A stretch of 64,000 nucleotides of DNA, taken from contig NC_058368.1 in the NCBI RefSeq assembly GCF_018350175.1, positions 175,648,001 to 175,712,000 of the forward strand. Reading direction: 5' to 3'. This DNA is from Felis catus. Its lineage: Eukaryota. The translations under genes and the position numbers were made by a program. Below, piece by piece: positions 12,779 to 26,040 of this stretch (position 1 is the first letter of the stretch; each line of letters starts with the position of its first letter). The notes under the pieces are model-generated. The model made no database searches, was not told the DNA's origin, and saw only the letters and a list, made by a program, of their open reading frames with translations.

Positions 12779-12969
12779 CAGCGATTCTCACGGGGGGGGG
12801 GGGGGGTGATTTTGCCCTTCGGGAACATTTCGCAAGGTCCCGCCAGAGAGGGGCTACTACTGGCATCTCGTGGGTGGGGCCAGAGACGCTGCTGAACAGC
12901 CGCCCACGCACACAGCAGGCTCCATAACACTAGGGCCACACGGCCACGGTGCTGAGGCTGAGAAACCCG
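12779..12969 (+). mobile_element. MER20 (hAT-Charlie) with internal deletion and G15 run
   Basis: cagcgattctca...tgattttgccc...ctactggcatctcgtggg...gaggctgagaaaccc. Confidence 0.8.
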
Positions 12970-13039
12970 CGGCCCGACTGCATGGCCACATCTCCGCTCA
13001 GAGGCCCCCTGCTCCGGGAGGCCTCCCTGCCCATCACCC

Positions 13040-13245
13040 ATTCCTTCCTCATGCCCCCTACTCTATTTTCCCTGTGGCATTTTATCATCACCTGCAATGA
13101 TCGCGTTAGTCTGTGCTTATACTAGACGCCCAGCCCCGTGAGAGAGGACCCCCGCGGGCCTTGTTCTCTGTTGCTTCCCAGCACGGACAGCAGCGCCGGG
13201 CACGCCGCGGGCTGCTCAGTAAACACGTGTCACCTGAATGTTTAG
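13040..13245 (+). mobile_element. L2 3' end
   Basis: cccgtgagagaggacc...ctgctcagtaaacacgtgtcacctgaatg. Confidence 0.6.
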
Positions 13246-14254
13246 TAAAGGAGAGTGCCCCCGATGCCCCAAATGTCAGAGGTCAGAACCGGAGCCGGGA
13301 GCCTGGATCCTCTCAGGCCGGCCATCTCAGTGTGGAGGCGACAATTTCCCCAGCCAGTTCAACTCAGCCTCTGCTGTTTGCGGGCTGCACGGCCTTTGGC
13401 AAATTTCTTAAGCCCCCCCCGCCCCACCCCCCCACCGCCGGGCCTCAGTTTCTGCATCTGTAAAGTGGGGCCGTTATTTTTAGCCCTTTCCTTGTAGGGA
13501 TGTCACAGGGATGAAATAAGTGAATCCACAAAAAAAAAAAAAAAAAGAAAGAAAGAAACTTAAGAAAATGCCTGCCTGACTCAGAAGAGCCTTGGTAAAG
13601 GTCACACATCGTCGTCACCGTCGTCATCATCACCACCACGATTTGGCTGCGGTAGGTGGTGAGGGTGACAGAACGGGCTCTGGGGCCCCACCAGAAGATC
13701 AGGGGACTAATACAGCTTTCAAGGCCAAAGCCATCCCCACTTGGTTTTGCCGGCTCTTGCTCTATCCGTGGAATAAACCGGATGAAGCCTTTACCCGTCT
13801 CTTGTTTTGAGAAGGAGGCTAGCAGGGAACGTGGACTTCATGTAGCAGATGGTGTTGTCCTTGAATTATGAAACCAGAAGAGGAAATTAAAGTGGTCCCT
13901 TGCAACAGCTATGGGCCAGCATGGGTAGAGGGCCGGGGTGGGGGTTGGGGGCGTATGAAGGAAGACAGAGGAGGTGTTTTTATCAACCGGGCAATGGCTA
14001 TTCTTGAGGGCAGCTGGAGTCCTAGAATAATATGATGTTATGGCCTAAAATTATTTTTGGCCACCGCCTTCCTTTTATTTCGGTAAATGAGGCCCAGAGA
14101 GGGAAAGTGTCCCCCAAGATCACACAGTGAGTGGCGGGGCAATCCACACTTTGAAGCCTCCACACTTTGGCTCCAGGCCAAAGCCAGTGGTCAACTCTGT
14201 CCCAGGGCATCCTGACTTGGGCACCGCTGCTCATGCACGAGTGCATCCACGGGA

Positions 14255-14480
14255 TGAGTAGGGGCCAGAGCCCCGGAGCCATTCTGTCTGGGTCTGAATT
14301 CCAACACACAGGAGCAAGTTCCTTGCCTCTTAGAACTTCAGTTTCCTTGTCTGTCAAATGGGAATAATAATAGATCCCACTTCACAGGGTCACTGTGAGA
14401 ATCTGACGAATTACCATCACATACAACATTCAGACGGGGGTGGGGGGGGCAGTACATAGTAAATGCTCAGTAAAACGTTA
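14255..14480 (+). mobile_element. MIR
   Basis: ttcagtttccttgtctgtcaaatgggaataataatag. Confidence 0.8.
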
Positions 14481-15338
14481 GTACCTATTGTGGTGCCAGA
14501 AACGACTCCAGGTTCTAACCTTTCCCCTAGGCTGTGAGCCCCTCAGAGGCAGTGCCCGTCTCTGGGGCATCTTTTGTTCTCTATGTCCTGCAGAGCAACG
14601 GATATCTGACAGCGGCTCCCTAAGTGGTAGTGGCTGATGACCGGCTCCCTCAGGGACGCCCATTTCTCAGTCGGCACCATGAAGCAGCAGGGAAGGCTGC
14701 CAGCGACGCATGTGACTCTTTGTCACTAGTTTAGACTTTAATCCTAAATGGATAAAGCAGCCCTCCCGTCCAGCAGTGAACTGGCCTCGTGATGAGGGCT
14801 CTGTTTGTTTTCCCCAGCCTTTCTCTGCAGTGCGATGCCTTTCCCCAACTATGCTTTGGGCTATTTGCATTTAAATTGGTTTTCTCTCATTATAGAAATC
14901 TCTTAGGTCAGCTGGAGTTTCCATTTTCCTCGGAATCAGTTTGGAAGCTCCATTTCTCGCTCGAGGGTCCCTTATGCCCTCCTCCCTTCTCGCTGACAGT
15001 CAGATGTGGTCACCTATTCTCACCTCATCGTGGAGAACAGAGAGCCGGAGAGAGTCACCCAAATCCCGTCCAAGCTGGGCACGTTTCTCATCGGAGAAGG
15101 TGGGGGTGGGGGTGGGAGGGGCAGGAGGATTCTGGCCCCTGCAATTGTAGGAAGGAGACCCCGTGGTGGTGGTTCGGTTTCAGGATCTAGGCCTCCTTTC
15201 CTCATTTATTACAAAAATCAACCAAGCACAGTGCTGGATGCTTAGAACGCAGATAACAAGACACACTTGCTGCCCTCCAGGAGTTCACTGTTTAGTAAAG
15301 GAGACAGAAAAGCAAAATTTTTAAAAATCGTAATATAT

Positions 15339-15458
15339 GGGGCGCCTGGGTGGCTCAGTCGGTTCAACGTCTGACTCTTGATTTTGGCTCAGGTCATGAT
15401 CTCACAGTTCGTGAGCCTGCTTAGGGCTCTGCACTGACAGCATGGAGCCTGCTTGGGA

Positions 15459-15501
<43 letters not shown>

Positions 15502-15550
15502 CCTCCTCTGCCTGTGCCCTCTCTCAAAATATATAAACACTAAAAAATTG
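15339..15550 (+). mobile_element. CAN-SINE (older felid subfamily)
   Basis: ggggcgcctgggtggctcagtcgg, (CT)n; diverged TSD ttaaaaatcgtaatata / ttaagaatcctaatata. Confidence 0.95.
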
Positions 15551-15650
15551 TTAAGAATCCTAATATAGTCGAATAATTGCTTTAATAAGGATCAGAACAG
15601 ATTCCAGCCTAAGAGGCAGCTTTCAGTTAGTACTCATCAAAAACCACAGT

Positions 15651-15693
15651 CACACACACACGCGCGCACACACGTGTGCAAGCATGCACGCAC
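15651..15693. repeat. (CA)/(CG)/(TG) alternating purine-pyrimidine tract
   Basis: cacacacacacgcgcgcacacacgtgtgca. Confidence 0.85.
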
Positions 15694-15704
15694 CAGCCGA
15701 ACAC

Positions 15705-15955
15705 AGTTTATAGCACTTGCCGTGTCGCAGGGCATCTTTCTAAGCTGTGTGTACAATTTACACGGCTATATTAATATATCCACTTTGTTTTCACAACAAG
15801 CTCTGAAGAAAGTGCTGTCGTTATCCTTGTTTTCCAGATGAGGAAACTGAGGCACGGTGATTAAATCTCTTCCCAAGGTCATTTGCTAACAAACCGTGGA
15901 GCCAGACTTGACCCCAGGCAGTGTGGCCCCAGAGCCTGTGATGTTCATCCTACGC
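15705..15955 (-). mobile_element. MIR
   Basis: ttttccagatgaggaaactgaggcacgg...cccaaggtca. Confidence 0.85.
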
Positions 15956-16861
15956 CATGAGGGCACCTGACAAAGGGCGGTGCACCCTTCTTTTCTAGTC
16001 TGGAGCATCTTTCAAACTGGTCAGGATCCACTACCCTGATTTTCGGATGTGTGCATACATTGTGAACCACAGTGTGTGAAGACATTTGAGATGCTTGCAG
16101 TGGACCTGAAGGAAGACGAGGCATTTTTCAGATGGATACAAGGACAAATAGAGTATGTCACGAAGGACATGACTGTGCCAGTCCCCAAAGTATGAACAGC
16201 ATGGGGGTCTAAGTCAAGGGTACTTCGAATTGTAGGACAGTGCTCAGGTGTGAGGTAGGCCGAGCAGGTGGTAAGACATGCATGGGACTGGGAGACTGAC
16301 AAAGACCGGACGATGACAGGCTTGAATGTCATGCACATGGGCTCTGTCGTGAGGCTGGGGGTGGGGAGTGGTATGGAGGGGTTGAGCAGGTGAGGAACAC
16401 AGCTTGCTAGAAGGATCACTCTAGCTCTAGTGCGAAGGGCTACCTGGATAAGGAGGTGAGGAGAATGTATAATCAATAGATATAATCAGTAGGTATGAGA
16501 GCTGTAATTGATTAGGTATAATGAATAGGCTTAGGTGGCTTTTTCCCTGCACAGGAGCCCTCCTATTGCTCACCATGCGTATCATAGAGCTGCAGCTACC
16601 CAGAAGAGACATCTTTATCTAATTCACCCAGACACCTTACAGGCTCATGGTGGCCCTGGTGACAGTCAAGAGGGGTGGGGACAGAGCTAAGCCAAGGCAG
16701 TGGCACTTGAGGAAGAGATGGGTGGAAAATGTATGGTATAGTGGGGCAAAGTAATCTGGTCTCGGCGATCAGCCCAATGTCTGGGCTGAGGGAGAGCAAG
16801 GAGATGGGGTGATACCCAGGGTTACTGATTTAGCTCAACCAGATTCTTCTTTAATCTGGTG

Positions 16862-17068
16862 TTCCGATAAAGGTCCAGACAGAAAATTTTTTAGTCTTTG
16901 CAAGCCTTACGGTCTGTTGTAATTACTCAATTCTGCCATTATAGTTCGAAAGCAGCCATAGACCTTGAATGGTAAATGAATGGGCATGGCTGTGTTCCGA
17001 CAAAACTTTATTTACAAAAACAGGTTGTGGGCTAGATTTGGCTTGAGGGGTGTCATTTGGTGACCCCC
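16862..17068 (-). mobile_element. MER58A (hAT-Charlie)
   Basis: aaagcagccatagac...gggcatggctgtgttccgacaaaactttatttacaaaaacagg. Confidence 0.85.
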
Positions 17069-19039
17069 GCTCTGCACCACGAGGTGGCCCAAGTGCCAGA
17101 ATGCCAACTGGGTGTGCCAGGGGGTTATTAGGTGAGAGAAAGGCTCGCACTGTGAGGCTCACACCTCATCAGGCAGATAGACCATACATCTCTCCTTGAA
17201 TGATGCCCACCTGACCACGAAAAGACTCATCTGAAATTGCAGAGCATTCCAACATCTGTCCTGGGAGCCCAGCTCTGGCAGGAGCTCCACGGTCACTGCA
17301 GCAAACCCACGTGTTAGCCCCAAAACACAGGCTGAAGCAGGTCAAACACTTGGGAATCTTTTGTCCTCTGGTCTGCGTGGCACCATTATTTGAGACAAGC
17401 AGTCCAGAGGAAATGAACCCATCGGTTTCAAAAGCAAACCCAACCCCCCCCCCCAAAATCAACAGGTACATCATTCCAGCATCTCTGTTACTGAACAAAA
17501 TGGCTGTCAGAAGTGGGTCCAGATGAAATGAATATATTGCCATCTGAAGGTATTGCCTCTGAGGGAAGTAGAGCCAGAAAATGAGAGGAGCCAGCCAATC
17601 TCCATGTGTCCACTCTGCAAACATCCACTGAGGGTTTCGTGGTCCCTGTCCCTGCCCTCCTGGAGGGTCCCGGCCGGGAGGCAGCCAGACAGAGAGCAGG
17701 GCATTCCAGTGTCCTGGATGTCATGCATGGTTGGGCGAATCCACGGTGCCCTGGGGGCACAGAGCAGGGACTTAGCTCGGGCAGAGGCACCTGGATCCCA
17801 GCCCAGGTGATCTAGGGCACAGAACGGTGATGAGGAATATTCCAGGGGGAAGGAAGAGCATCTTCCAAGGCAAGGGGGATGTTGAGGTTGGAGTGAGGCA
17901 ATCTTCCAGAAGGGGTGCAGTTGGAGGGGCTGGGGATGAGTCCTGGGGAAGTCAGCCCCCGGCAGCCAGCCCAGACCTCTCTGGGCTGGAGGCCATCTTG
18001 TTCGCAGCCTTCTGTGCAACTAGAACGGTCTCTGAGTTCTAGATGAAACGCGAAGCACTTGCCAAGAGTGTGGTGATGCCAAGAACACTCTGCCGATGCT
18101 GCATCTTGAAATAGTAAAGACAAATAATAGTAAATCACTCCCATCACACTGCCCATTTCACCCTGCACTTCCAAAGTCTTTATCTTGCTTATACTCACTG
18201 CAAGTCTGAAAGGGGACAGATGATAACTACTGCCATCACCTTTCCTGTATTATTAAAAATATTGACAGCTCTCATTTTGGGGGTCCTCACGCTGGCCAGC
18301 AGTGGGCTGAGTGCTTTAGATGCAATATCCTATTTATCACAGAAGCGATCTGAGGCTCAGGGAGGTATAATAACTTGCTCAATGTCATACACTGGGAAAA
18401 GAAGGGAGCCAGGACCCAAACCCAGAGTCTGCCTGACCTCTGAGCCCAGAGGCCTCTTGCTGGGCCTTTCTGCCTTGACATCATGCCATCTAAGGACTGT
18501 GTGGATTTCTGAGAGCATAGTCTTCTGTTATTATATTTGCCCCTCCAAAGAACTTTCTGCAGTTAGCAGGAAAAGAGCTGTGGCTCCGAGACGCACGGTG
18601 TCCCCTCCAAGGTCACACAGCTTTTGAAAGGGCCAACTGAAGACTTGAGCCGAAGTCTTAGCATTTCAAAGCCAGAGCTCTAAACCCTTTACCGTGGTTT
18701 CCAAGTCCACAGCAAAGAGATGGACGGCTAACATGCTTTAAAAAAAAAAAAAAAATTCTTGAAAAAAACCCCTCCAAAATGTCCGCTCTCTTCATCTCTA
18801 CGTTGGCAGGTATTCATTAGGCGATCAAAAGACAAATACCTAGGGGAGCAGGACACGCAGATCACAGCCAAAATGACATCATAAAGAGTAGATGTGCCAA
18901 GCAAACCTCATTTCCTCTGACAGAGCGGCAGGCTGGGAGATAAGGCTAGACGTACTGACGTTGTCATTTCCCCAGTTCTGCAGGACAAGTTAGATCAGCG
19001 CCACCGAAACATCAGGGGGGTGGGAGGCGGACCACACCA

Positions 19040-19088
19040 CACCATCCCCCACCCAGGCACACACACACACAGACCCTCACGGACACTG

Positions 19089-19119
<31 letters not shown>

Positions 19120-19400
19120 TACAAATACACAGACACAGACACACACGAATCTACCCACCCACCCCCAACTCCGACACACACAGGGTCACTAGCACAGACA
19201 CTCACACACGTAGACATATGGAAACACACATATAAGTAGAGCCACACACAAAAATGTACGGACGGAACAACAGACACACGCACGGACAGGCACAGCGGCC
19301 TGCCTCCCCTCTACGTGCAGACGGCATACAAACACACAGACAGGGGCAGAAATACACACACATTCACACGTTCACAGAACTAGGCATAGACGCACACGTC
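19040..19400. repeat. (CA)n microsatellite in degenerate CA-rich low-complexity tract
   Basis: Direct reading. Confidence 0.9.
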
Positions 19401-19784
19401 CTCCCGTAGACCCACATCCATCCACCGAGAATCACCCAGCACCCCTCGGGGGGCAGCAGGCGCTGACTCTTCTCAAATCCTCTCCTCTGGATCCCAGAAA
19501 TTACATCTTTCCCCAATTGGAGACTCTGAAAAATGACTCCCTCTGTGTCTGTGCATTTTCTCAACTCTGCCCAGCCTGATGTCTTCGTCCAGAAGCTTGG
19601 AACACACAGCCACCGCTGTGCGTTGTTGAGAAAGGATGTGGACTTTGGAGTCAGGCTGGTCTGTGTTCCAGTTGAGGCTCTCGCCACCCACGGGGTGAGG
19701 GGACCTGGGCACGTCTCCCTTTTCTTGCTTCAGTTTTCCCATTTGCAGAGGCCTCGATACTCTTTGTGTCCAGCCCATTGGGCT

Positions 19785-19970
19785 GGCTCATCACAGACCT
19801 GTCTATGCTAAGTACATTAATTATTTGAATGCCCGTCTTCCTTGCCAGGCTAGAGGCACCTTTTGGGCAGGGGTCTTGTCTGGTTCCCCCCAAGTCCAAC
19901 CTCCAGGACTTAGCAGTGTCTGCCAGGCACACAGTAGGTGCTCAGCAAACATTTGTAAAATGAAACAAAG
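19785..19970 (+). mobile_element. L2 3' end
   Basis: gccaggcacacagtaggtgctcagcaaacatttgtaaaatgaa. Confidence 0.75.
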
Positions 19971-21429
19971 AAGTCTATATCCTTAGCGTCTAGCAGGGAC
20001 CTGGCACGATGTTCCCTGACGATTAAAATAGGTTGAAAAAAGTAATACACGCAAGTGTAATCCGGACCAGGGACCAAGTTCTAACTATATGCCTCATTCC
20101 ATCCTCTCCATGAAACAGGCATTCATTCGTACATGAGGAAACCGAGATCCAGAGAGGTTAAATAATGCACCCGAGGTTCCTTCCTGGGGTGGCAACTCAA
20201 AGCCAGGAATATGATGGCTCAGTGCACGCTCAGAACCTAACAACTACAGACATCGTGCACAAATGTTTTCCATCGTGACCCAGCTCAACTGATGACTTCT
20301 ACAGCCAACTCCGCCACATCCAGGTGTGGAGTAACTCTTTAGAAAGAATCGACACATTCTCTCCGGTCCTGGGTTGACTTGTCAGTGTCCAGCGCCCGTC
20401 TAGAACACCTTCCGTACGCCCAGGGTGTTGGGTTCTACATACATAATCCAAAAGCTCCTGGGGTCTGCCTTTCCCCTTGCTCCCTCTCAGCTAACACCCA
20501 TCCATCCATCCGTCCATCCATTTATCTGTCTAATCACCAGGCCGTTTTCCACGTGAGGCCGTTCTGTCCCCGGATGTTTTTTGTCCGTGTTTGCGTAAAC
20601 CACACAGCCTCATCCTGGATCTGTCAGATCTGTTTTCCTCTCTCTTGCATCGGTACCGGGTTTTAAAACTCAACCAACCTGTAGGTCAATTAAGCCACTT
20701 TGCCTACCAACTGCATTCGGCGGCGGTAACTGGTGGGGCACAGTTAAGCATCTTGCAAATCCCGAAAGGGTCCCACGCTTGTGCCACCGGTGCTTCTGCA
20801 CACCTCAGACATACTCAAGTCCCCCCCTCCCCTGCCACCCCCCCGGTTTCCCTTAAAAAAAAAAAGAGGTTTTGTGAAGGATCTCTGCCCCTGTCTGGGC
20901 AGGCAGAATGGATCAAGCCACAGGGCATGGAAGCCATAATTATCCTTCCCCACAAAGGAAAACAAAAATGTCCAAAGATAGTGGCCACCTGGCAGGCAGG
21001 GGACCAGGGCAGGTGGCAGTGACTCATCGGGCACACCAGGCAGAGCCACTCCCCCCCCACCCTGCGAGCAGGCTCTGAGCTTACTCACAGCTTTGCCAGG
21101 CTCACGAGCAGGAGAACAGAGGCATCTGAGGGCGAGGGAGGCTCTATTTCTGCTAGCTTGAACTCTAACAAGACACAGGTGGCTTTCAAGACTTTTATTT
21201 ATTTTTTTTTAATCACTCTCTTGCTTCCCGGTTGCGACTCTATTCATTGGGATAGCCCGATGTGAACAGAGTGGATCTAAGCTGTAAGCATATATTAATC
21301 ACCCACCTATCTTCCCTACTCTTGTCCCCTCAAACCCCCGTGCCCCTCAGCGTCTGCGTGAAATTCTACCGCTGGCAATTCATTTCCTGGGGTTGGACTG
21401 GGTCTTCTCCTGGGTTGTTCCTGAAAACA

Positions 21430-21623
21430 TTTTTTTTTTAAAGCTTACTGATTGATTCTGAGAGAGAGAGCACAAGCTGGGCAGGGGCGGAGAGAACCTC
21501 AAGCAGGCTCAGCGCCGTCGGCACAGAGCCCCCTGTGGGGCTCGAACCCACCAACTGTGAGATCATGACCTGAGCCAAAACCAAGCGTCGGAGGCTCAAC
21601 GGACTGAGCCACCCAGGCGCCGC
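21430..21623 (-). mobile_element. CAN-SINE (short variant)
   Basis: ...gagatcatgacctgagcc...tgagccacccaggcgcc; diverged flanks tcctgggttgttcctgaaaac / tcctggggttgttcttgaagac. Confidence 0.9.
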
Positions 21624-22499
21624 ATCCTGGGGTTGTTCTTGAAGACGGCGACGTCCCCTCAAGGGGAGAAAGGTTGAGTGGGGGGGCAGGGGTGCTAACG
21701 TGGTGAAGGAGAGGCTACCGTGTGCCAGGAACTGCTCGCCGCTCCCCAAGAATCGTCTCCCTGGACACTTGCAGCCCTTGACTATGTTTCAGAGACGCTA
21801 AGAGGGACATTCAGAGAGGGCAAGCGGCCTACTCAACATTCACAGAAAGGCCAGGATTCGGGTCTGTTTGGCCTCGAAGGCTATCCTCTTTCCTTGGAGC
21901 CCTGTTGCCTCCCGAACGCTTTACGGTACCACTAAAATGCTGCTAGGCACACCACACTCTGTTCACACTGGGATGACGAATAAATGTCATCTCAAGTACC
22001 AATGCCAACGCGCTGGCTAAACTGGGGGAAATGTCTCGTGTCCTGGAAAACTGGTCTCTTTCTCCGAAACAGGGAAATTTCGGAGGCAGCAGGCATCTGC
22101 TAGCAAGAGGGATTAGCATCAAGACCAAAAGTCCAGAGCAGGGTGCAGCAGAAAGCAAGCTACATCCGGGTCCCTGACGGGATAGCTGAGGCCCCGGGAG
22201 CAGCCCTTGACCTCTCTTCCTCAATGAGTCCTGATGTCTCGTATGCCTTCGGGTCCCAGTCGCCTGCACTGCAAGGTCATCTGCTGTTGGAACATCCCAG
22301 CTGACCACAGCCCACAGTAACTCTTAGAAAGTACTGGAGTCCTGAGGCTGCCTCTCTCACATACTCCTGATGTGGGCTTTTCTGCTCCAAAGTCTTCTGC
22401 TGAGGTTCAGAACTGGACCACCCGCAGGGCCATTGTCCGCGTAATCCTGGACTTCAGACCAAACCAGCCGCTGCCTCCCCTCCAACCTTTTTCTCTTGG

Positions 22500-23190
22500 G
22501 GCCGCCACCCTGCCAGCTCAGTAAATGCTATCCTCTGAGGCCACAGGGTTGTCCTAGACTCTTAGCTTTGGTGCCTCCACGTCCCCTCGGGTAGCAAGCC
22601 CGGATGGCCTTGCCCTCTGGTCTCTTGGGAGTCAGCCCCCTGCACCCCATCTCCATCTTCTCACCACAGCCCCGTCTTTCCACGCCCAGGTGGTGGCAGC
22701 AGGCTCCTCACTAGTGTGCTGCCTCCAGCCGGCCCTCCGCCTTGGCCCAGAGAGAGCGTTCGAAAGTGCAAAGCCGGCCACATCACCGCGTACTTAAAAA
22801 CCCTCCCATGGATCTACGTTTCCCGCAGATAAAATCCGAACGCCTGGGCCCGACATCCAAGACCTTTCGTTACCAGATCCCTGCTTACTTCTCCAACCTT
22901 ATCTGTAGCTGCTCCGGGGGACACAATCCGCCTTCCCTTCTCACACACGGCAGCCACCCAGAGGCCCGCCTCCATACCTCCCACCTTTGAACAGGCTCTT
23001 CTCGCGGCCGAGCTGCCCTGCCCTTGCTTATGTAACTCCACTCACATCTCAGCTCAGCTCTGGCCTCCCGGGCCCACCCCTCCTGGACAGTCGGCCCAGA
23101 TGGGGCCCCTCCCCTGGGCCTCTACACCCTCCGGTGTCCCTTATCACGCTGGCTCAGGAGTGTTCCTTGGCTTTCCGAGCTTCCGAGACC
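22500..23190 (+). mobile_element. L2 LINE fragment (diverged)
   Basis: C/T-rich L2-like motifs such as aggctcctcactagt, acttaaaaaccctcccatgg, gataaaatccgaacgcct. Confidence 0.6.
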
Positions 23191-24440
23191 AGATTCTCAG
23201 AAGAGCCGAAAGAACTCACGGCTTAGCCAAAAACATTTGGAGGCAGGCATCGTGAGCAAAGCACGGCATCCCCCCCCCCCCTCCTCTGCAGATAGAAGAA
23301 TGTTCCCGGGAGTCATGCGGAAAGGGCTGGGAGGGAGAGTGAGGACGGTGCCCACGCTCCTGTGGGAGGCCTGCACCCTCAGCTCCCGGGGCCGGGTGTG
23401 GGGCAGGGGCAAAGCCCCAGAGGGCTGGTGTGTGGGGTCTCTGCGCAGAAGAGAAGAGGCAGCCCCGGGGAGGCAGGAAGGCCCAAAAGAGCAGAAGTGG
23501 CCACGTGGCACGTCTAGGTGGTCAGAGGCTCAGATACTTCTTAGAGCTTCCCACAATCCTGTGGGGCACCAAAAATAATGCCACGTTTCCTGTGAAACCC
23601 AGAATGTCATAAAAATAACAGAGTCACTTGACCCGAGACAGGTTGCAGACAGGAAATAGGGACAGCTCCATGGAGACCTGCATTGACCAATGACTCAGAA
23701 AGATAAATGCCACCGACAGGTGACATCAAAGACCAGGTGGCCTTTCTCCCATCACCTTTGCACACCGAGCACAGATACGGTCTCTGGGGAAAGGGTCTCT
23801 GCAAATGAGCTGCTACCTACTCCAGCCAAATGGAGGTTCCAAAGAGAAACTGAATTCAGTACGGCATGATAGAGAAATTTATATTTATCCCACACCTGGG
23901 TTTGTGGACTGACGATCCCACCTATTCCAAGTGAATAACTGAACACAGATGGTAAAAGCAACTTGGCCAGAAACACACATGTATTCAGAGCTGGGACCCT
24001 GCCTGAAATCAGGGTCTGTCTCTTTCCTCTGTTTTGACTGCTGGGGCAGCCCAGCATGATACACCAAGAATCCATGAACCAGATCCAAAGTCTGTCTGAG
24101 GATTAGAGTCACTGCTGGAGAGTCCCAACATAGTAAACCATACAAGATGAGAGGTGGACAGTCAGTGACCAGGCTCGAAGGTAATGGAGTTACCCAATGC
24201 TGAGTCACGTTTCAGGCACCTCTCCTTCCCGTGTCTCGGGAGGACGGTGGTCAGGAAAGGCTTCTCTGCAAAAATGAGGCCGGAGATGAAATCTGAACTA
24301 AGCCGGGAGGGGAGGGGTTACCAGGCAGACAGAATTGCTGTGCAAAGGTCCCGTGGTAGGAAGGTATGGACTTGTTCATGGAAGGAACTAGGCCCCCGTG
24401 TCTGGAACCCTGAGAGTGAAGGGTGGGTGGAGCAGTACAT

Positions 24441-24950
24441 TGATGGGAGCTTCTAAAACGCCCCTCCTCTTCCCTTTGAGGTTGCGCTGGCTCTAGTGAC
24501 TTGATTCTAGAACAGGCTAAAATAGCAATGGCATGCCTCTTCTGAGAGTAGGTTATAAAAGACTTCCGTCTTGCCCATACTCTATCCCTTGCTTCTTTTT
24601 CACTTGTTTGTTCTGATAAAGTGAGCCGCCATGTTGTGAACTGCCCTATAGAGAAGCCCATGTGGCTAGAAACTGAGGGAGCCTTCAGCCAGCAGCCAGT
24701 GAGGAGCTGAATCCTGCCCACAACCGCACGAGCGAGCTCCAAAACCGAGTCGCCCCGAGAGGGACCTCAAGATGACTGCAGTCCCAGGTGATAACGTGAT
24801 TGGTCTTGTGCGAAATACTGGGCCACAGGATGCAGCTGACCCACACCCAGATTCTCAACCCACAGAAACTGTGACATAATACAGCTGGGTTGTTTTCTAA
24901 GCCACTACGCTTTGAGACAGTTGGTCGCACGGCCGTAGGTGACTGATGCA
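24441..24950 (+). mobile_element. MaLR solo LTR (MLT1F-like)
   Basis: gccatgttgtgaactgccctatagagaagcccatgtggc...cccacagaaactgtga...taagccactacgctttg. Confidence 0.85.
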
Positions 24951-25539
24951 GCGAATAAGGTAGGCAGGGATGAGATCACGCAGAATATTTTAGAAGTTGA
25001 TTGTTACCCGTAGAGCTTTAGACTGCTCCGTGTAAGTTTTCAGCCCGGAACCTATGTGTGATCGACCTGAGCTTCTGATTCCGAACTTTTCTGGCTCAGA
25101 GTATCTATGTACCATCCGAGGTTGGGTGCACTGTTTGGTTTACTAACATCAGTGCGGTGGGTAGGCAATGCGAGATTGGAAGGGACGGGAATTAACCTCT
25201 GCTGACAACCCGTTGGGCCCCAGGCCCTTGATGAATGCTTTGCCTTCAGTATTTCATCGATCCCTGTGGGACTCCGTGCACCCTCAGAGGTGTTGTTAAG
25301 TAACTTGCCCGAAGAGAGCGGCCAGTAAGAGATATGGTCAGGATCTCTGCTTTTGAGGTCAGCTGCATACCCCAGCCCTCTGACATCACTCTCACCAGTG
25401 AGCGGCCTCTCCAGAAATAGCTGGTCTGCTGGGTGAGAATCGACAGTAGAGAAGGCAGAAAACCGAAATGCTTTCTTTTTCCTGGGAAAATATTCCCGAT
25501 GTTGGCCCAGGCAGACCTTTCCAGTGAAACCGAAGAAGC

Positions 25540-26040
25540 TGCGGTATTGGCTATGGCAGGGATAACATTCTCCTCTTTCTCCTTACCAGCAGAACTCCTG
25601 TGTTAGTGGTCTCCCCGCCCAATATATTTCCCAGCCTCCCCTGCTTTAGGGGGTGGCCAATAAGCTAAAAGTAGAAGACATCAGGTGGACCTTCTGGTAG
25701 TTTTTTTTTTGTTTGTTTTTAAAGTGCTGACTCATCTGAGGGCTGCACTCTCTTGCACTTCTCCTGTCCTTTCCATGCTTGGAATGTAGCCATAATGGCT
25801 GGAGCTGTGGCAACATTTTATGGCCATGCGATGACCTTGCTGATGGGAACTACGTTCTAAGGCAGCAGGACACAGATAGAAGGAGCCTTGGCTCCTTGGA
25901 GGGGACGACCAGGGAGCCAGCCCTTGACTATCTGCATCAGAACTGCTTTTATACAAGAGAAAAATAAATCCTTATCTTCTTTAAGCCCCTATTATCTGGG
26001 TTTTCTGTTACAGGTAGCTGATACTAGTCCTAAGTGATAC
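25540..26040 (+). mobile_element. MaLR solo LTR (MLT1J-like)
   Basis: atggctggagctgtggcaacatttt...gagaaaaataaatcc...tttaagcc...cctaagtgatac. Confidence 0.8.

Noticed and set aside
12380..13450. CpG-richer stretch as a possible CpG-island promoter (also 38.7-39.1 kb)
   Set aside because: Enrichment is modest and, at 12.8-13.4 kb, lies largely within MER20/L2/MIR remnants; no promoter architecture is visible
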